Counted from the stretch's first letter, positions 20,462-30,343 are shown. The stretch: 64,000 nucleotides of DNA from Candidatus Harrisonbacteria bacterium CG10_big_fil_rev_8_21_14_0_10_40_38 (GCA_002773535.1 PFAZ01000001.1:154806-218805); one strand, 5' to 3'. The notes: a model not told the origin generated them from the letters alone. A program made the numbers and translations.

Positions 20462-20760
20462 TGTTCTTTCGAAGGAGTCCCCCGTGGCTCATCAAAGGCG
20501 AGGGTACAGAGAGAGGAGAGAATCTCATCCGATGACCATAGTGATTATGGTCATAGGCGCGACACTCATTGTTCTTGCAGCACACTTCATTCACATTCAC
20601 TAAAAACGGAGAGAAAATGAAGCCAGAAACAGATGCTAAAGATCACCTGTCGATTTGTTTGATTTTCGCCATCATCGGTTTTCTGTACTACGTACTTTAG
20701 TACAAAAACCCCCACCAACGCCCTCCAACACGGAGGGCACGATACTTTAATAAGTCCCCT

Positions 20761-21468
20761 CTACTCCAGATTTCCAAAAGATTTTTCCAAAAGATGCTGA
20801 AAGATCCCATTCCTCTTTCGATGCATTCTTAAATAAAAATATCCAAAACCGGCAGAAAGAGCCGCTCCTAATGCGTCAACGATCAAATCCCACATCGTGT
20901 CATGGAGACCACTCTCCTGCATTGCAGTATGAAAAGTGCTATCAACAGAAAACTCAAATATCTCCCAAAGAGCGCCAATAGTAACCGCAAACGAAAAAGA
21001 AAATATTGCGATAAGCGCAATCGAGATGTTTAACCTCCCATCCCTGTAGAGCGCATATAGAACCAAAAAAGACACGATCCCCAGAGCCACGCCAGATCCT
21101 CCATGTACAATAGAGTCCCACCACCAAAGCCGCGCATAATACCCCTTTATCTCCCCAAGAAAAAGAGATGCATAAATAAAAAGCGTAATCATAAACTCAA
21201 TCTCAACAGGAACATAAATGTTATAATTCCTGCTTAAAATTTTCGGAAAGAACACCGCTATAAGAGCAACAGAGCTTGTAAACAAAACAAGCCACTCCTT
21301 TTCAATTATTGAAAAGAAAAACGCCTCAAAAAGAATCACTTTAAATATCCAGCTTATGATAAGCTGTAACCTTTCTATTTTTGAAAGAGGAGTCATACAT
21401 AAATAATACGATAATAAAATTTTTTCGCCAAAAAAATTACTAAATAAAAACAAATTGACAAAAACCAA
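20761..21468 (-). CDS. polytopic membrane protein (start probably at internal Met near 21396)
   Basis: Hydrophobic throughout, with HGGSG and WW motifs; family unclear. Confidence 0.45.
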   Translation of the reverse strand: MVFVNLFLFSNFFGEKILLSYYLCMTPLSKIERLQLIISWIFKVILFEAFFFSIIEKEWLVLFTSSVALIAVFFPKILSRNYNIYVPVEIEFMITLFIYASLFLGEIKGYYARLWWWDSIVHGGSGVALGIVSFLVLYALYRDGRLNISIALIAIFSFSFAVTIGALWEIFEFSVDSTFHTAMQESGLHDTMWDLIVDALGAALSAGFGYFYLRMHRKRNGIFQHLLEKSFGNLE

Positions 21469-21523
21469 ATCAAAAATTATCCTTTCGAATTAAAGACTAG
21501 TCCTTTACCAAAGCGAGGCACAC

Positions 21524-22060
21524 ATGAGCTCACCCGTACAAGAACTCTCTCTTGAAGCCTTATTACAAGAACAAGGTTGGACCGATGAAGACTTAAATGC
21601 TCTTCGGACAAACCCGAAGAAAGCGGCATTCTTTTTGAAGGTAGTAAAAGGAACCCACAAAGTAGTCAGCAAGCTTCTGGAAGTAATAGACTGCGATAAA
21701 ATACCGAAAATACCTGACGACTATCAAATTCACTCACATGTAAGACACGGACAAGTTATATGGAATACTGGATTCTTTTTCCTCTCAAGAGATCAAGCTG
21801 TCGGTGAAGCAACCACTAGCCTTTTTTATAGAAGTTGCATCCACAACCATGTGTTTTCAGTAAACGCATGCGTTCTAGATTTTCTACTTGAAGACACAAG
21901 TAGAATCCCCGAAAGTTGGGGCGACCACGACGGAACAAAAATCCTCTTCTGGGGAACTCAATACAAAGAAACAGGCTATGAAAAGAAAATCCTCATCCGC
22001 GGCATTGAGTTGAAAGATGGTGAGTGGCAAGAATTTCACAGCCTCTACAAAAACGATTAA
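21524..22060 (+). CDS. hypothetical protein
   Basis: 178-aa ORF; no motif recognised. Confidence 0.45.
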   Translation: MSSPVQELSLEALLQEQGWTDEDLNALRTNPKKAAFFLKVVKGTHKVVSKLLEVIDCDKIPKIPDDYQIHSHVRHGQVIWNTGFFFLSRDQAVGEATTSLFYRSCIHNHVFSVNACVLDFLLEDTSRIPESWGDHDGTKILFWGTQYKETGYEKKILIRGIELKDGEWQEFHSLYKND

Positions 22061-22110
22061 AAAACGGCCTCCGCAGCAAATGTGGGGGCCGAATTTCATT
22101 ATCACTATTA

Positions 22111-22548
22111 CTACTTCGCCAGATCTCCTTTGTAAAATCCTACAAGCAAATTTTCCTGTTTTTTATTGTGATCATGTTGATTTCTAAACGCCTCTGTGCC
22201 GTCTTTGCCACAAAGCGAAAGTATTGCTTGTTGTCCTCCAGGATGCTGACCAATCCATTCTGTAAGGTCATAAACTTTTCCATCGATTATCGTCCAGCAA
22301 CTTGTCTTGCTGTTGTGTTTTGCAACGTCTGCGCTCGAAATCCCTTCTTCCATAGCAGTTGGAGATTTCTCCATCATCGAGCCAGACTCCTCAGGTATTG
22401 CCGACATTGCAGGTGATGGAGAAGCGGTCTCCATAGAGTCATCTTCGCCGCCTAGATCAGGGCTACCTGTTTGAGACGATCCGTTAAGGAGATAAATCCC
22501 TCCACCGATTACTAATAATATAATGATACCTATAACAATTTTATTCAT
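22111..22548 (-). CDS. membrane-anchored cytochrome b5-like heme-binding protein
   Basis: N-terminal TM helix; C-terminal WTIIDGKVYDLTEWIGQHPGG...GKDGTEAF (cyt-b5 HPGG motif). Confidence 0.7.
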   Translation of the reverse strand: MNKIVIGIIILLVIGGGIYLLNGSSQTGSPDLGGEDDSMETASPSPAMSAIPEESGSMMEKSPTAMEEGISSADVAKHNSKTSCWTIIDGKVYDLTEWIGQHPGGQQAILSLCGKDGTEAFRNQHDHNKKQENLLVGFYKGDLAK

Positions 22549-22618
22549 ATTCTTGCTATTACATCTTTAATAAATAATTTATTTCAACACCTAATTCATA
22601 ATTCAATCTTCTTAATTC

Positions 22619-23014
22619 CTATTTTGCATTCGGATCTGGCTGATGTATTCCAAATATATTTCCTTCTGTATCCCTATAGTATGCCTGCCAAGCCATCTCG
22701 GGTATTGCAAACTTTTCCATCGCTATCTTGCCACCTTCTTTTAAAATCTTCTCAATCGTGTCATCAATATTCTCAACCTGCATAGTGCACACAAAACCAC
22801 TCACAGCTTCGCTGTCTTTTGGTTCCATGGAGTTTGGTCGTGGCATAAGCCCACCATTGACGCCCATCTCATCACTCCCTTTTGGCGCAGTCATCACCAT
22901 CCAATATTCCTGCTCACCCCATTTCTCAAAAGTCCACCCAAAGACCGACTTATAAAAAACTATGGCTCTTTCAGGATTTGATGCATATATCTCAAAGTGT
23001 ACTACTCTATTCAT
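22619..23014 (-). CDS. glyoxalase/bleomycin-resistance (VOC) family protein
   Basis: VHFEIYASNPERAIVFYKSVFGW start is typical of VOC proteins. Confidence 0.65.
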   Translation of the reverse strand: MNRVVHFEIYASNPERAIVFYKSVFGWTFEKWGEQEYWMVMTAPKGSDEMGVNGGLMPRPNSMEPKDSEAVSGFVCTMQVENIDDTIEKILKEGGKIAMEKFAIPEMAWQAYYRDTEGNIFGIHQPDPNAK

Positions 23015-23121
23015 CTTTTTTTACTTAATAATAATAGCCACAGTATACCAAAACCACAGAAACAAACCAATTTCAGTCGTAAGTCATTAGTTATTAGTTG
23101 TTAGTCTTTAGTTGCAAGTTA

Positions 23122-23724
23122 TTAGTCTTTAGTTTTTATTTGCACATCTCCTTCTCGTAAAACAATCACCTTTCCCCTCTTTACCTCAATGAGCGTCGAG
23201 GGTTTACTCGATGTTTTACCAGATACATAAAAATCAATTTTATCTCCAAAATATTTTTTTGCCTCTTGGATATTTCCCGCAGGCTTCTCCCCTTCAGGGT
23301 TTGCAGACGGCGCAACCAAAGGACTAATTTCAGAAACGAGAGAAATCAGTTTTTTATTTTTTGGCATTCGAAAAGCAAGCTTTTTTGTCCCCCTGTGAAG
23401 ATATTTAAAAATAGGATCTCCCGCAGGCAAAATCACACTCACCTTATCCGGCCAAATTTTTTTCAAAAACTCTAGAGTTTCAATGTTGAGTTTTATTTTG
23501 AAAAGTTCCAAGTCATTTATAGATGAAATCAAAATAATAAACGGCTTTTTGGGGTTTCGTCCTTTCGCTTCATAAATTCTCTCAACTGTTTTTGGTCGTA
23601 ATGCCTGCCCTAAAATCCCATATATAGTATCGGTAGCCAAAACCCCAACACCCCCATCCCTCAAAATTTTTTTATACGAAACTTTCATACAAAACCAAAT
23701 CTCACACTTTAAAATACCCATCAA
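23122..23724 (-). CDS. tsaC: L-threonylcarbamoyladenylate synthase (YrdC/TsaC family)
   Basis: The GGVGVLATDTIYGILGQA motif. Confidence 0.75.
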   Translation of the reverse strand: MMGILKCEIWFCMKVSYKKILRDGGVGVLATDTIYGILGQALRPKTVERIYEAKGRNPKKPFIILISSINDLELFKIKLNIETLEFLKKIWPDKVSVILPAGDPIFKYLHRGTKKLAFRMPKNKKLISLVSEISPLVAPSANPEGEKPAGNIQEAKKYFGDKIDFYVSGKTSSKPSTLIEVKRGKVIVLREGDVQIKTKD

Positions 23725-24310
23725 TTTCCGTCAGTATACCCGACACGCCATGAACAATAGCCACAGGATTACCTCTCTGCAACGTCTCTACAGGATGTAT
23801 CCCCCACGAGACACCGATAGCATTCACGCCGGTGTGTTCCGCTTCTCTCATATCACCAAGCGTGTCAGTTACAAAGATACAGTCACCAGAACCAACTCCA
23901 TATTCCGAAAAAACCATATTTATCTTTTCAACCTTGCTCTTATGAACATCTGAGCCAAACACCTTGTCAAAATACTGTAACAGATTAAATTTTGAAAGAT
24001 ACTCCTCAATCGAACTACTAATAGTCGAAGACACAACAACAAGTAAATATTTTTTATGAAGAGAACCTAGAACATCTTCAATTCCAGAAATCGGATAAGT
24101 TTCCATTAGACGAGGATTATATATTTTAAAAAAATCCTCATTTTCATCTTTCCTGTTTTTATGCTTCGGCCGATCATAAATACTCCCCTCAAACCAAGTT
24201 AAATATTCATTTTTTGAAAGCGTCGGTCTAAAACCATTACTTATTTCAAACGATAAATCACAGGTATCAACGATCACCCCATCAAAATCAAACAAAACAA
24301 TTTTTTTCAT
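23702..24310 (-). CDS. HAD-superfamily hydrolase
   Basis: VLFDFDGVIVDT motif I; the 3' end overlaps the tsaC start. Confidence 0.75.
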   Translation of the reverse strand: MKKIVLFDFDGVIVDTCDLSFEISNGFRPTLSKNEYLTWFEGSIYDRPKHKNRKDENEDFFKIYNPRLMETYPISGIEDVLGSLHKKYLLVVVSSTISSSIEEYLSKFNLLQYFDKVFGSDVHKSKVEKINMVFSEYGVGSGDCIFVTDTLGDMREAEHTGVNAIGVSWGIHPVETLQRGNPVAIVHGVSGILTEIDGYFKV

Positions 24311-24325
24311 ATTTCTACTCTAATC

Positions 24326-24973
24326 CTATAATTTCTCCACAATACTTCCAATCGACGACTGAAAATTATCATCACTTATTTCAAAATACGGAAAACCATA
24401 TTTTTCCGCTTCAGATTTAAAATACAAACTCATCTCTTTTATGAAACTAGCCATCGCTTCAATTCTTTCTTCGCTATAACCCAGAGCACTCATCCAATCT
24501 TTTCGGGGAAAATCCCTTACATGCTCCAACAACGACTTTAAATGATTTTCGCTGGTGTTTCCTACAAAAACTACATTTTCTGGCTTGTTTTTCATTCCAG
24601 CAACAAGAGATGAAATTATTGCAACTCCTTCTACAATATGAACAGTGTCGTCTTCGCAAAAACTATTACAAAAAGATTCAATAGATGACCACAATGCTTT
24701 TGATTCTCGATTTTGATATTCAACAATTTTTTTCGGATTGTTTAAATGGTTTTCAATCCATTCCTTTTCTGATACAGTCTCCGTTTTCTCAACAATAAAA
24801 AGATCGCCGTCTTTTTGAAAAGATGTTTTCCTTGCTGCATTTCTTATGGCATCAGTCGACACAACGTGTCCATGCACCTTATCGGCAAGCGCAAAAGCAA
24901 TAATTGATTTACCAACTCGTGGTGGCCCTCCTAAAAAATATGTACGCTGAAGCGCATTATTATCTGAATTCAT
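24326..24973 (-). CDS. P-loop NTPase / kinase-like protein
   Basis: GGPPRVGKSIIAFALA Walker A near the N-terminus. Confidence 0.5.
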   Translation of the reverse strand: MNSDNNALQRTYFLGGPPRVGKSIIAFALADKVHGHVVSTDAIRNAARKTSFQKDGDLFIVEKTETVSEKEWIENHLNNPKKIVEYQNRESKALWSSIESFCNSFCEDDTVHIVEGVAIISSLVAGMKNKPENVVFVGNTSENHLKSLLEHVRDFPRKDWMSALGYSEERIEAMASFIKEMSLYFKSEAEKYGFPYFEISDDNFQSSIGSIVEKL

Positions 24974-25078
24974 AGTTTTAAGTTTTTAGTTGTTTGTTTT
25001 TAGTCATTAGTTAGGTTAATTAGGTTAATTAGAAATTTGTTTTAAGTTATTAGTTGTAAGTTGTCAGTTGTAAGTCTC

Positions 25079-25489
25079 TCACACCAAATCCCCCAACTCC
25101 GGTTTTTTATAATTCGGTCCCTTGAGAAACTTTCCGTCTTCCCGATACATCGGCTTCCCATTTTCATCAAGTTTACTCATGTTTGACTCATGTACACGAA
25201 CAAATGCTTCACGAAAATTCCGAAGCTGTTTTATCGAAACCGCAGTTCCGGAAAGAACCACCTGAACATCCGCCATCTCTTTAAGCATGTTTTCAAAATT
25301 TGCCTTTTCAATTTTCTCTCCTTTCTCCAGTTTTTCAATAGCAAAGTCTAGTTCTTCAACTAACTCTCTAACTTCTTCTAAAATAAGTTTTTTGCGCAAA
25401 TTAAGAAGCTCCACGGTCGGCTCTCCAGAAATCACCAACCCGAAAGCTTTATTCAACTCCACTACATATTCCTCATTTGTTTTATCCAT
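25079..25489 (-). CDS. MazG-like nucleotide pyrophosphohydrolase (tentative)
   Basis: All-helical 136 aa with EEVRELVEE...EMADVQVV, reminiscent of MazG/NTP-PPase EExxE...D motifs. Confidence 0.4.
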   Translation of the reverse strand: MDKTNEEYVVELNKAFGLVISGEPTVELLNLRKKLILEEVRELVEELDFAIEKLEKGEKIEKANFENMLKEMADVQVVLSGTAVSIKQLRNFREAFVRVHESNMSKLDENGKPMYREDGKFLKGPNYKKPELGDLV

Positions 25490-25490
25490 T

Positions 25491-25563
25491 GCTGCGGGAC
25501 AGGGAATCGAACCCCAATTTCTTGGTTCAGAGCCAAGCGTCCTACCGTTAGACGATCCCGCAA
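25491..25563 (-). tRNA. tRNA-Gln (anticodon CTG)
   Basis: Cloverleaf drawn by hand: acceptor TGCGGGA/TCCCGCA, D arm GTCT-AACGGTA-GGAC, anticodon stem CTTGG/CCAAG with loop CTCTGAA, T arm TGGGG-TTCGATT-CCCTG. Confidence 0.7.
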
Positions 25564-25687
25564 AAATTACTTAACTAATTTACAGGGCGATCCTGCGAAA
25601 ACCATTTTTAAAGACTCCTTTTTATGGAGTCTTTAAATTCGGTGCTTTTATTCTACCTTTTCATTCAGGTTTTTCAACTATCTCCGA

Positions 25688-26911
25688 CTAATCAATGAAC
25701 GTAAGCGCTTGTCCTCTCTGACCGGCTCTTCCGGTTCTTCCAATACGATGAACATAGTCTTCGTAGCAATTTGGAACATCAAAGTTAATCACGTGTGAGA
25801 CATTTGGTATATCAAGTCCCCTTGCCGCCACGTCAGTAGCTACAAGAATCTTAACCTGATTTCTCTTAAAGGCAATAAGTGCCCTCTGCCTGTGAAACTG
25901 TGTTTTGTTTCCATGGATAGAAGCTGATCTAAAACCCTTAGAATCAAGAATTTTAGAAAGTTTTTCTACGCCATATTTTGTCCTTCCAAAGATAAGCACC
26001 TTATCAAATTCCGGTTTGGACAAAAGCTCGTACAACACATCAACTTTATTTTTTCCGGCTACCCTCACAACATCCTGATTAACGGTTTTTGCCGTATCTC
26101 CGGTCTTTACCGATACCCGAATAGGGTCAGAAAGAAAGTTTCCGATCAAAGCTTCGATTTCACGCGAAAGTGTCGCAGAAAAAAACAAAGTATGCCTCGG
26201 TTTCTTCACATGAGAAACGATAAATTTAATGTCACCGATAAATCCCATATCAAGCATCCTATCTGCCTCGTCCAAAACAAGTGTTCCAAAACGAGAAAGA
26301 TCGAGCGCTTTTCGATTTATCAAATCCTTTAATCTTCCGGGTGTGCCGATTACAAAATTAGGATTATATCGGAGCGCCCTCATTTGCGGATTTATATTTG
26401 CTCCACCAACAAGGATTACAGAGTTAAGTCTTGAATCGCGAGAAAATCCACGAAACTCTTCATCGATCTGTATCGCAAGTTCGCGAGTCGGTACGACAAT
26501 CAAAACTCTTTCATTTCTAGACTTCATCACTTTATTTAAAAGTGGAATCAAAAATGCTCCGGTTTTTCCTGTTCCGGTATTTGCAATACCAACAATATCT
26601 TTACCTGACAAAATCGCAGGAATAGATTGATCCTGAATAGGTGTCGGTGTTTTATAGCCCTTTTTCTCGATATTTCTCTTTATAAGAGAATCTATTTCAA
26701 AATCAGCAAAGCTGTATTTTGGTTCGTATGCCACGACTTCTTCAGCCGGTTGAGCTTTATTGATGAATCGAGAAACATCAATCCCCGCTCCTGTATTTCT
26801 TTTCGAACTACGCCTAGGCCCACGATATGGAGCTCGGCTAAAATTACCCCTATCGCGTGTAAAAGGTCTTCGCACGGAAGACGCGCTGTTATTTTTATAA
26901 TAAGTTTTCAT
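25688..26911 (-). CDS. DEAD-box ATP-dependent RNA helicase
   Basis: Q motif, GTGKTGAF Walker A, VLDEADRMLD, SAT, HRIGRTGRAG. Confidence 0.9.
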   Translation of the reverse strand: MKTYYKNNSASSVRRPFTRDRGNFSRAPYRGPRRSSKRNTGAGIDVSRFINKAQPAEEVVAYEPKYSFADFEIDSLIKRNIEKKGYKTPTPIQDQSIPAILSGKDIVGIANTGTGKTGAFLIPLLNKVMKSRNERVLIVVPTRELAIQIDEEFRGFSRDSRLNSVILVGGANINPQMRALRYNPNFVIGTPGRLKDLINRKALDLSRFGTLVLDEADRMLDMGFIGDIKFIVSHVKKPRHTLFFSATLSREIEALIGNFLSDPIRVSVKTGDTAKTVNQDVVRVAGKNKVDVLYELLSKPEFDKVLIFGRTKYGVEKLSKILDSKGFRSASIHGNKTQFHRQRALIAFKRNQVKILVATDVAARGLDIPNVSHVINFDVPNCYEDYVHRIGRTGRAGQRGQALTFID

Positions 26912-27091
26912 AATGTAGGTCAGACAGACTCGAAAGAGGTTCAGATAAAAAGTAATTGATTAATGATACGAACGACCTCGGGAAACTCCCAAGGCCGGTT
27001 AAACCTATACAATTGAGAAAGTTAGACAAGAACATTGTAGCAAATGACACTCAACTTGTCAATACAACTCAAAAAACACATATTTTATATA

Positions 27092-27127
27092 AAAAAGAGC
27101 CCTGTTCCGAAAGATCGGAACAGGGCT
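27092..27127 (-). terminator. rho-independent terminator for the GC-rich gene
   Basis: GCCCTGTTCCGatctttCGGAACAGGGC 11-bp stem followed on the minus strand by TCTTTTTTA. Confidence 0.55.
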
Positions 27128-27338
27128 AAGCCTGCCTGTCGGCAGACAGGTCCCGAGAGTCTTAGGATTGAGAACCGACTTGCGACGCGACGAACGCGAA
27201 CCCGCTACCATGACCCCACCCGTCGAAAGACCGCCCGTTGCACGCATGGAGCCAGCGACCACCGTCGTGACGGCTAGAGCGCAGCAAGACCGGACCGCCG
27301 CCGGAGTCATTGATGGGTTCGTGCATTGCGACGATCCA

Positions 27339-27803
27339 TCAGAGACCCATGGCTTTGATCTCCTTGTCTGCGAACTTCTCACGAATGAGGCAGGCCAATT
27401 CGGCATTCGGTTTTGGCAACTTGCGCTTGGCGGCCTCGGCGCGAATCTTCTTCGTGACCCGATTGTTGTACTTAAAGAGACAGCCCAGAAGAACGGCGAC
27501 TTCGGTCGTGAGGCCCTTGGTTGGCTTGAAGCCCGACGAACGGAGCACCTGCTTGGCGGAGTCACCTATGCGGAAGCCGTTGCCTTCCAGACGCTTGATC
27601 CAGTCCTCGCCGGTCGTGCCGTCCGAGGTGACCGAGAAGTAGATGACACTGTCTTCCTTGCGCCATTTTCGTTTTTGTTCAGAAACCACAAGATCACCAC
27701 GAAGGAGTTGATCAACTCCTTCCTCGCCACCGAGAATGTTCCACACGGCCTGAATGCGATCCACGGTTCTGTTGTTCTTTGCCACTTTGTCCTCCTTGCT
27801 CAT
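27339..27803 (-). CDS. hypothetical protein encoded in a high-GC insert
   Basis: About 154 codons with strongly G/C-biased third positions, e.g. GGC GAG GAC TGG ATC AAG CGT CTG, unlike the host genes. Opposite-strand shadow ORFs in the ORF track are the usual artefact of high-GC DNA. Confidence 0.5.
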   Translation of the reverse strand: MSKEDKVAKNNRTVDRIQAVWNILGGEEGVDQLLRGDLVVSEQKRKWRKEDSVIYFSVTSDGTTGEDWIKRLEGNGFRIGDSAKQVLRSSGFKPTKGLTTEVAVLLGCLFKYNNRVTKKIRAEAAKRKLPKPNAELACLIREKFADKEIKAMGL

Positions 27804-28066
27804 ATAGAGCACTTAGGTTAAGTCTCTGCTCGTATAGAGCAGAGACACTGGACAGGTTTAGTCACAGCCAGAAAATGCTAAATTTCAAAGTCGCAAGTAA
27901 GCACCATTTGGCTGTGACTAAATATTTCTCAAGTTTTTTAAAGTACTAAAGTACACACAAAAGAATATAATAATAATTCATATCTGTCAAATTAATCCAC
28001 AAATTTGACTTAACAAAATCATGCTTGCATAGTACTCAAACTAGTCATATCATCAATAGACATACT

Positions 28067-28627
28067 ATGAAAAAACTGGTTTTATTACTCGTTTTAGGCG
28101 CTTTATTCTATATAGGTATACGATGGGCCCAAAATGTCCACGAAGAGGCCTCATTTTGCACCCTGGATGGCAAAATATGCCCAAATGGCGCAGTAGTAGG
28201 CAGAATCCCTCCAACTTGTGAATTTGCTCCGTGTGATACCCAAAAATGGAAAACAAAACGTGAAGGCATGGTTGAATTTCAATACCCTGACAGTTTGGAA
28301 ACAACCTATATAGGCGCCCATGAATGGCCGCCCCAGATAACCATAGAAGCCCAACAAAAGGCATGCACCGGTTCAACTCGTAAAATGAACGGCAAAACTT
28401 ATTGCATAAACAGCGAAGTCGGCGCCGCCGCAGGAAGCACATACATTACCTACACATACGAAACAGCACGCGGAGGCAACACCGTCCGAGCAGTATTCAC
28501 TCTTCGCTACCCACAATGTGGTAACTACGCAGAAGGCCCCGAACAAAAGAAGTGCGAGGACGAACAAAACTCATTTAACCTCGACGCCCTTATAGACGGC
28601 ATCATCCGAACCGTCAGAGTTTTCTAA
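28067..28627 (+). CDS. secreted Cys-rich protein
   Basis: MKKLVLLLVLGALFYIGIRWAQN signal/anchor followed by 10 Cys; GC moderately elevated. Confidence 0.5.
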   Translation: MKKLVLLLVLGALFYIGIRWAQNVHEEASFCTLDGKICPNGAVVGRIPPTCEFAPCDTQKWKTKREGMVEFQYPDSLETTYIGAHEWPPQITIEAQQKACTGSTRKMNGKTYCINSEVGAAAGSTYITYTYETARGGNTVRAVFTLRYPQCGNYAEGPEQKKCEDEQNSFNLDALIDGIIRTVRVF

Positions 28628-28689
28628 AACAAAAAAACCGCGAGGCGGATCGGTTTTACCGATCACATTCCTCGCGGCTGTACCACTCG

Positions 28690-29346
28690 TCAATCGACGA
28701 ACGGTATCGTCACGCATATTCCCAAGTATCCATCAGAATCATCTTCATCCCAAGAATCAATAACCCAGCCATCATTCTCGTTGTCCCCGATATATATCGG
28801 TTTCCACCCTTCACTCCAAGTAGCAGACCAGTGAGAATTGTCATTGAGCAAGATCTCTCCACGTAGGTGACGAAAAGACACAAGTGCCTGCGCCACATGA
28901 GCGAGCTCCGCTCGATATAGAATTCGCGATTCATTTCTCCGCAGGTTTTCTTGAACGTCCCAAGAATATCCTACAAACCTTGGCGCAAAATCAATCAACT
29001 TGTATCCAGACGGTGGCTCAGAAATAGCCCAACTGTCAGAAGTTGGTTGATTTATGAAATATGGCAATCTCGCAGTCGGCAAATTTGGCTGAAAACTTCT
29101 TGCGTTTGAAATAAGAACCCTCACAGAAAATGGAAGACAGTACACAACCCTCCAGTCACACCCATTCTCTTCATTCTCTCTTGCGCACGCCTCCATGAGT
29201 CTGATGTTATTAGGTCCGGTAGGGGGCTTAAAAAGCCCGTAATCACCCTCTTGCCCGTAGACAGAAGCGACTTCATTAGCCGAGAGATAACGCTCACTGC
29301 CGAAGATTCTCAGAGCATCGCTTCGTCGTCTACCCAACAAATTCAT
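28690..29346 (-). CDS. hypothetical protein
   Basis: 218-aa ORF; GC moderately elevated; no motif recognised. Confidence 0.45.
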   Translation of the reverse strand: MNLLGRRRSDALRIFGSERYLSANEVASVYGQEGDYGLFKPPTGPNNIRLMEACARENEENGCDWRVVYCLPFSVRVLISNARSFQPNLPTARLPYFINQPTSDSWAISEPPSGYKLIDFAPRFVGYSWDVQENLRRNESRILYRAELAHVAQALVSFRHLRGEILLNDNSHWSATWSEGWKPIYIGDNENDGWVIDSWDEDDSDGYLGICVTIPFVD

Positions 29347-29429
29347 TCCGCACCTCCAAATTGTAAACGTTCCGCCGAACCCCGAATTGGGTTTAGATAT
29401 AATTACACAAAAAAACTATATGGTCAAAC

Positions 29430-30338
29430 CTATGTCTTCAGATATCTCCTTATCGCCACACTCGCAGAAATCACCCCAAGTCCTACTCCAAACAAAATCT
29501 GATACGCAAAAAGTTGAAAGATATGAGAATAAAAGTAGCCGGTAAGATTCATCTCCGGCACAAACGCCTGAACATAAGGCGTGCTAAATGAAATAAACGG
29601 AAGCATCAAAAGCAGGCTCAAAACCGTTGCGATTACTCCAAAAATAACCGCCTCGATAACATAAGGTCCATTTATAAAAAAGTTCGAAGCCCCTACAAGG
29701 CGCATGATATTTATCTCTTCTCTGTTTGAATAAATCGCCAAACGGATTGTGTTAAAAATAATAAGCGCAGCCGTAACAGCAGAAAAAACAATGAGTACCA
29801 AACCAACTTTTTCAATAGTATTTATAAAATCATTAAATCGCGCAATCGCCTTACTCGTTTGCGCAAAAGTCACTTTTTCGATCTGCTCGGTAAAAGATTC
29901 GTTATTTAGAAAAGAAGCTATGAGCGGATAATCTTCTGAATCATTTGCTTTTACATTCAAAGACGCAAGAAGTGGGTTATCGCCGAGTTCCTCGAGAGCT
30001 TTCGCTACAACGGGGTCATCGATGTGCTTCTCGTTAAAAAGCTCCAATGCTTTATCCCTCGACACATAAGTCACCGACTTTACCTCTGCGACAGCCTCAA
30101 GCGAATCTTTCATACGGAGAATATCGTCTTCCGGAACATTCGTTTTAAAATAAACTCCGATATCGATTTTATCCTGAAGTGAAGCGATAGATGCATCAGT
30201 AAGAGCGCTAAACAAGATAAGCCCAGCAAGCACAACAAGAGTCAAAATCATTACATTAACCGTTGCAAACGAAAGTAGCCTGTTTCTCCAAAAGCTTTGG
30301 AATCCATATTTAACTATTCTAAAAAATGTTGTAACCAT
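29430..30338 (-). CDS. ftsX: cell-division ABC transporter permease FtsX
   Basis: FtsX topology: TM1, a large extracytoplasmic loop, then three C-terminal TMs. Directly downstream of ftsE. Confidence 0.8.
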   Translation of the reverse strand: MVTTFFRIVKYGFQSFWRNRLLSFATVNVMILTLVVLAGLILFSALTDASIASLQDKIDIGVYFKTNVPEDDILRMKDSLEAVAEVKSVTYVSRDKALELFNEKHIDDPVVAKALEELGDNPLLASLNVKANDSEDYPLIASFLNNESFTEQIEKVTFAQTSKAIARFNDFINTIEKVGLVLIVFSAVTAALIIFNTIRLAIYSNREEINIMRLVGASNFFINGPYVIEAVIFGVIATVLSLLLMLPFISFSTPYVQAFVPEMNLTGYFYSHIFQLFAYQILFGVGLGVISASVAIRRYLKT

Positions 30339-30343
30339 TTAAT

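Noticed and set aside
27044-27821. Multiple overlapping 100-217-aa ORFs on both strands in the 27-kb and 53-kb GC-rich segments
   Set aside because: High-GC DNA has few stop codons in any frame. Only the ORFs with G/C-ending codon bias plus an SD or terminator were kept.
25491-29400. tRNA-Gln as the integration site of the 27-29 kb GC-elevated islet
   Set aside because: The tRNA 3' end faces away from the islet. The DEAD-box helicase gene, of normal composition, lies between them, and no direct repeat of the tRNA 3' end was found at the islet border.
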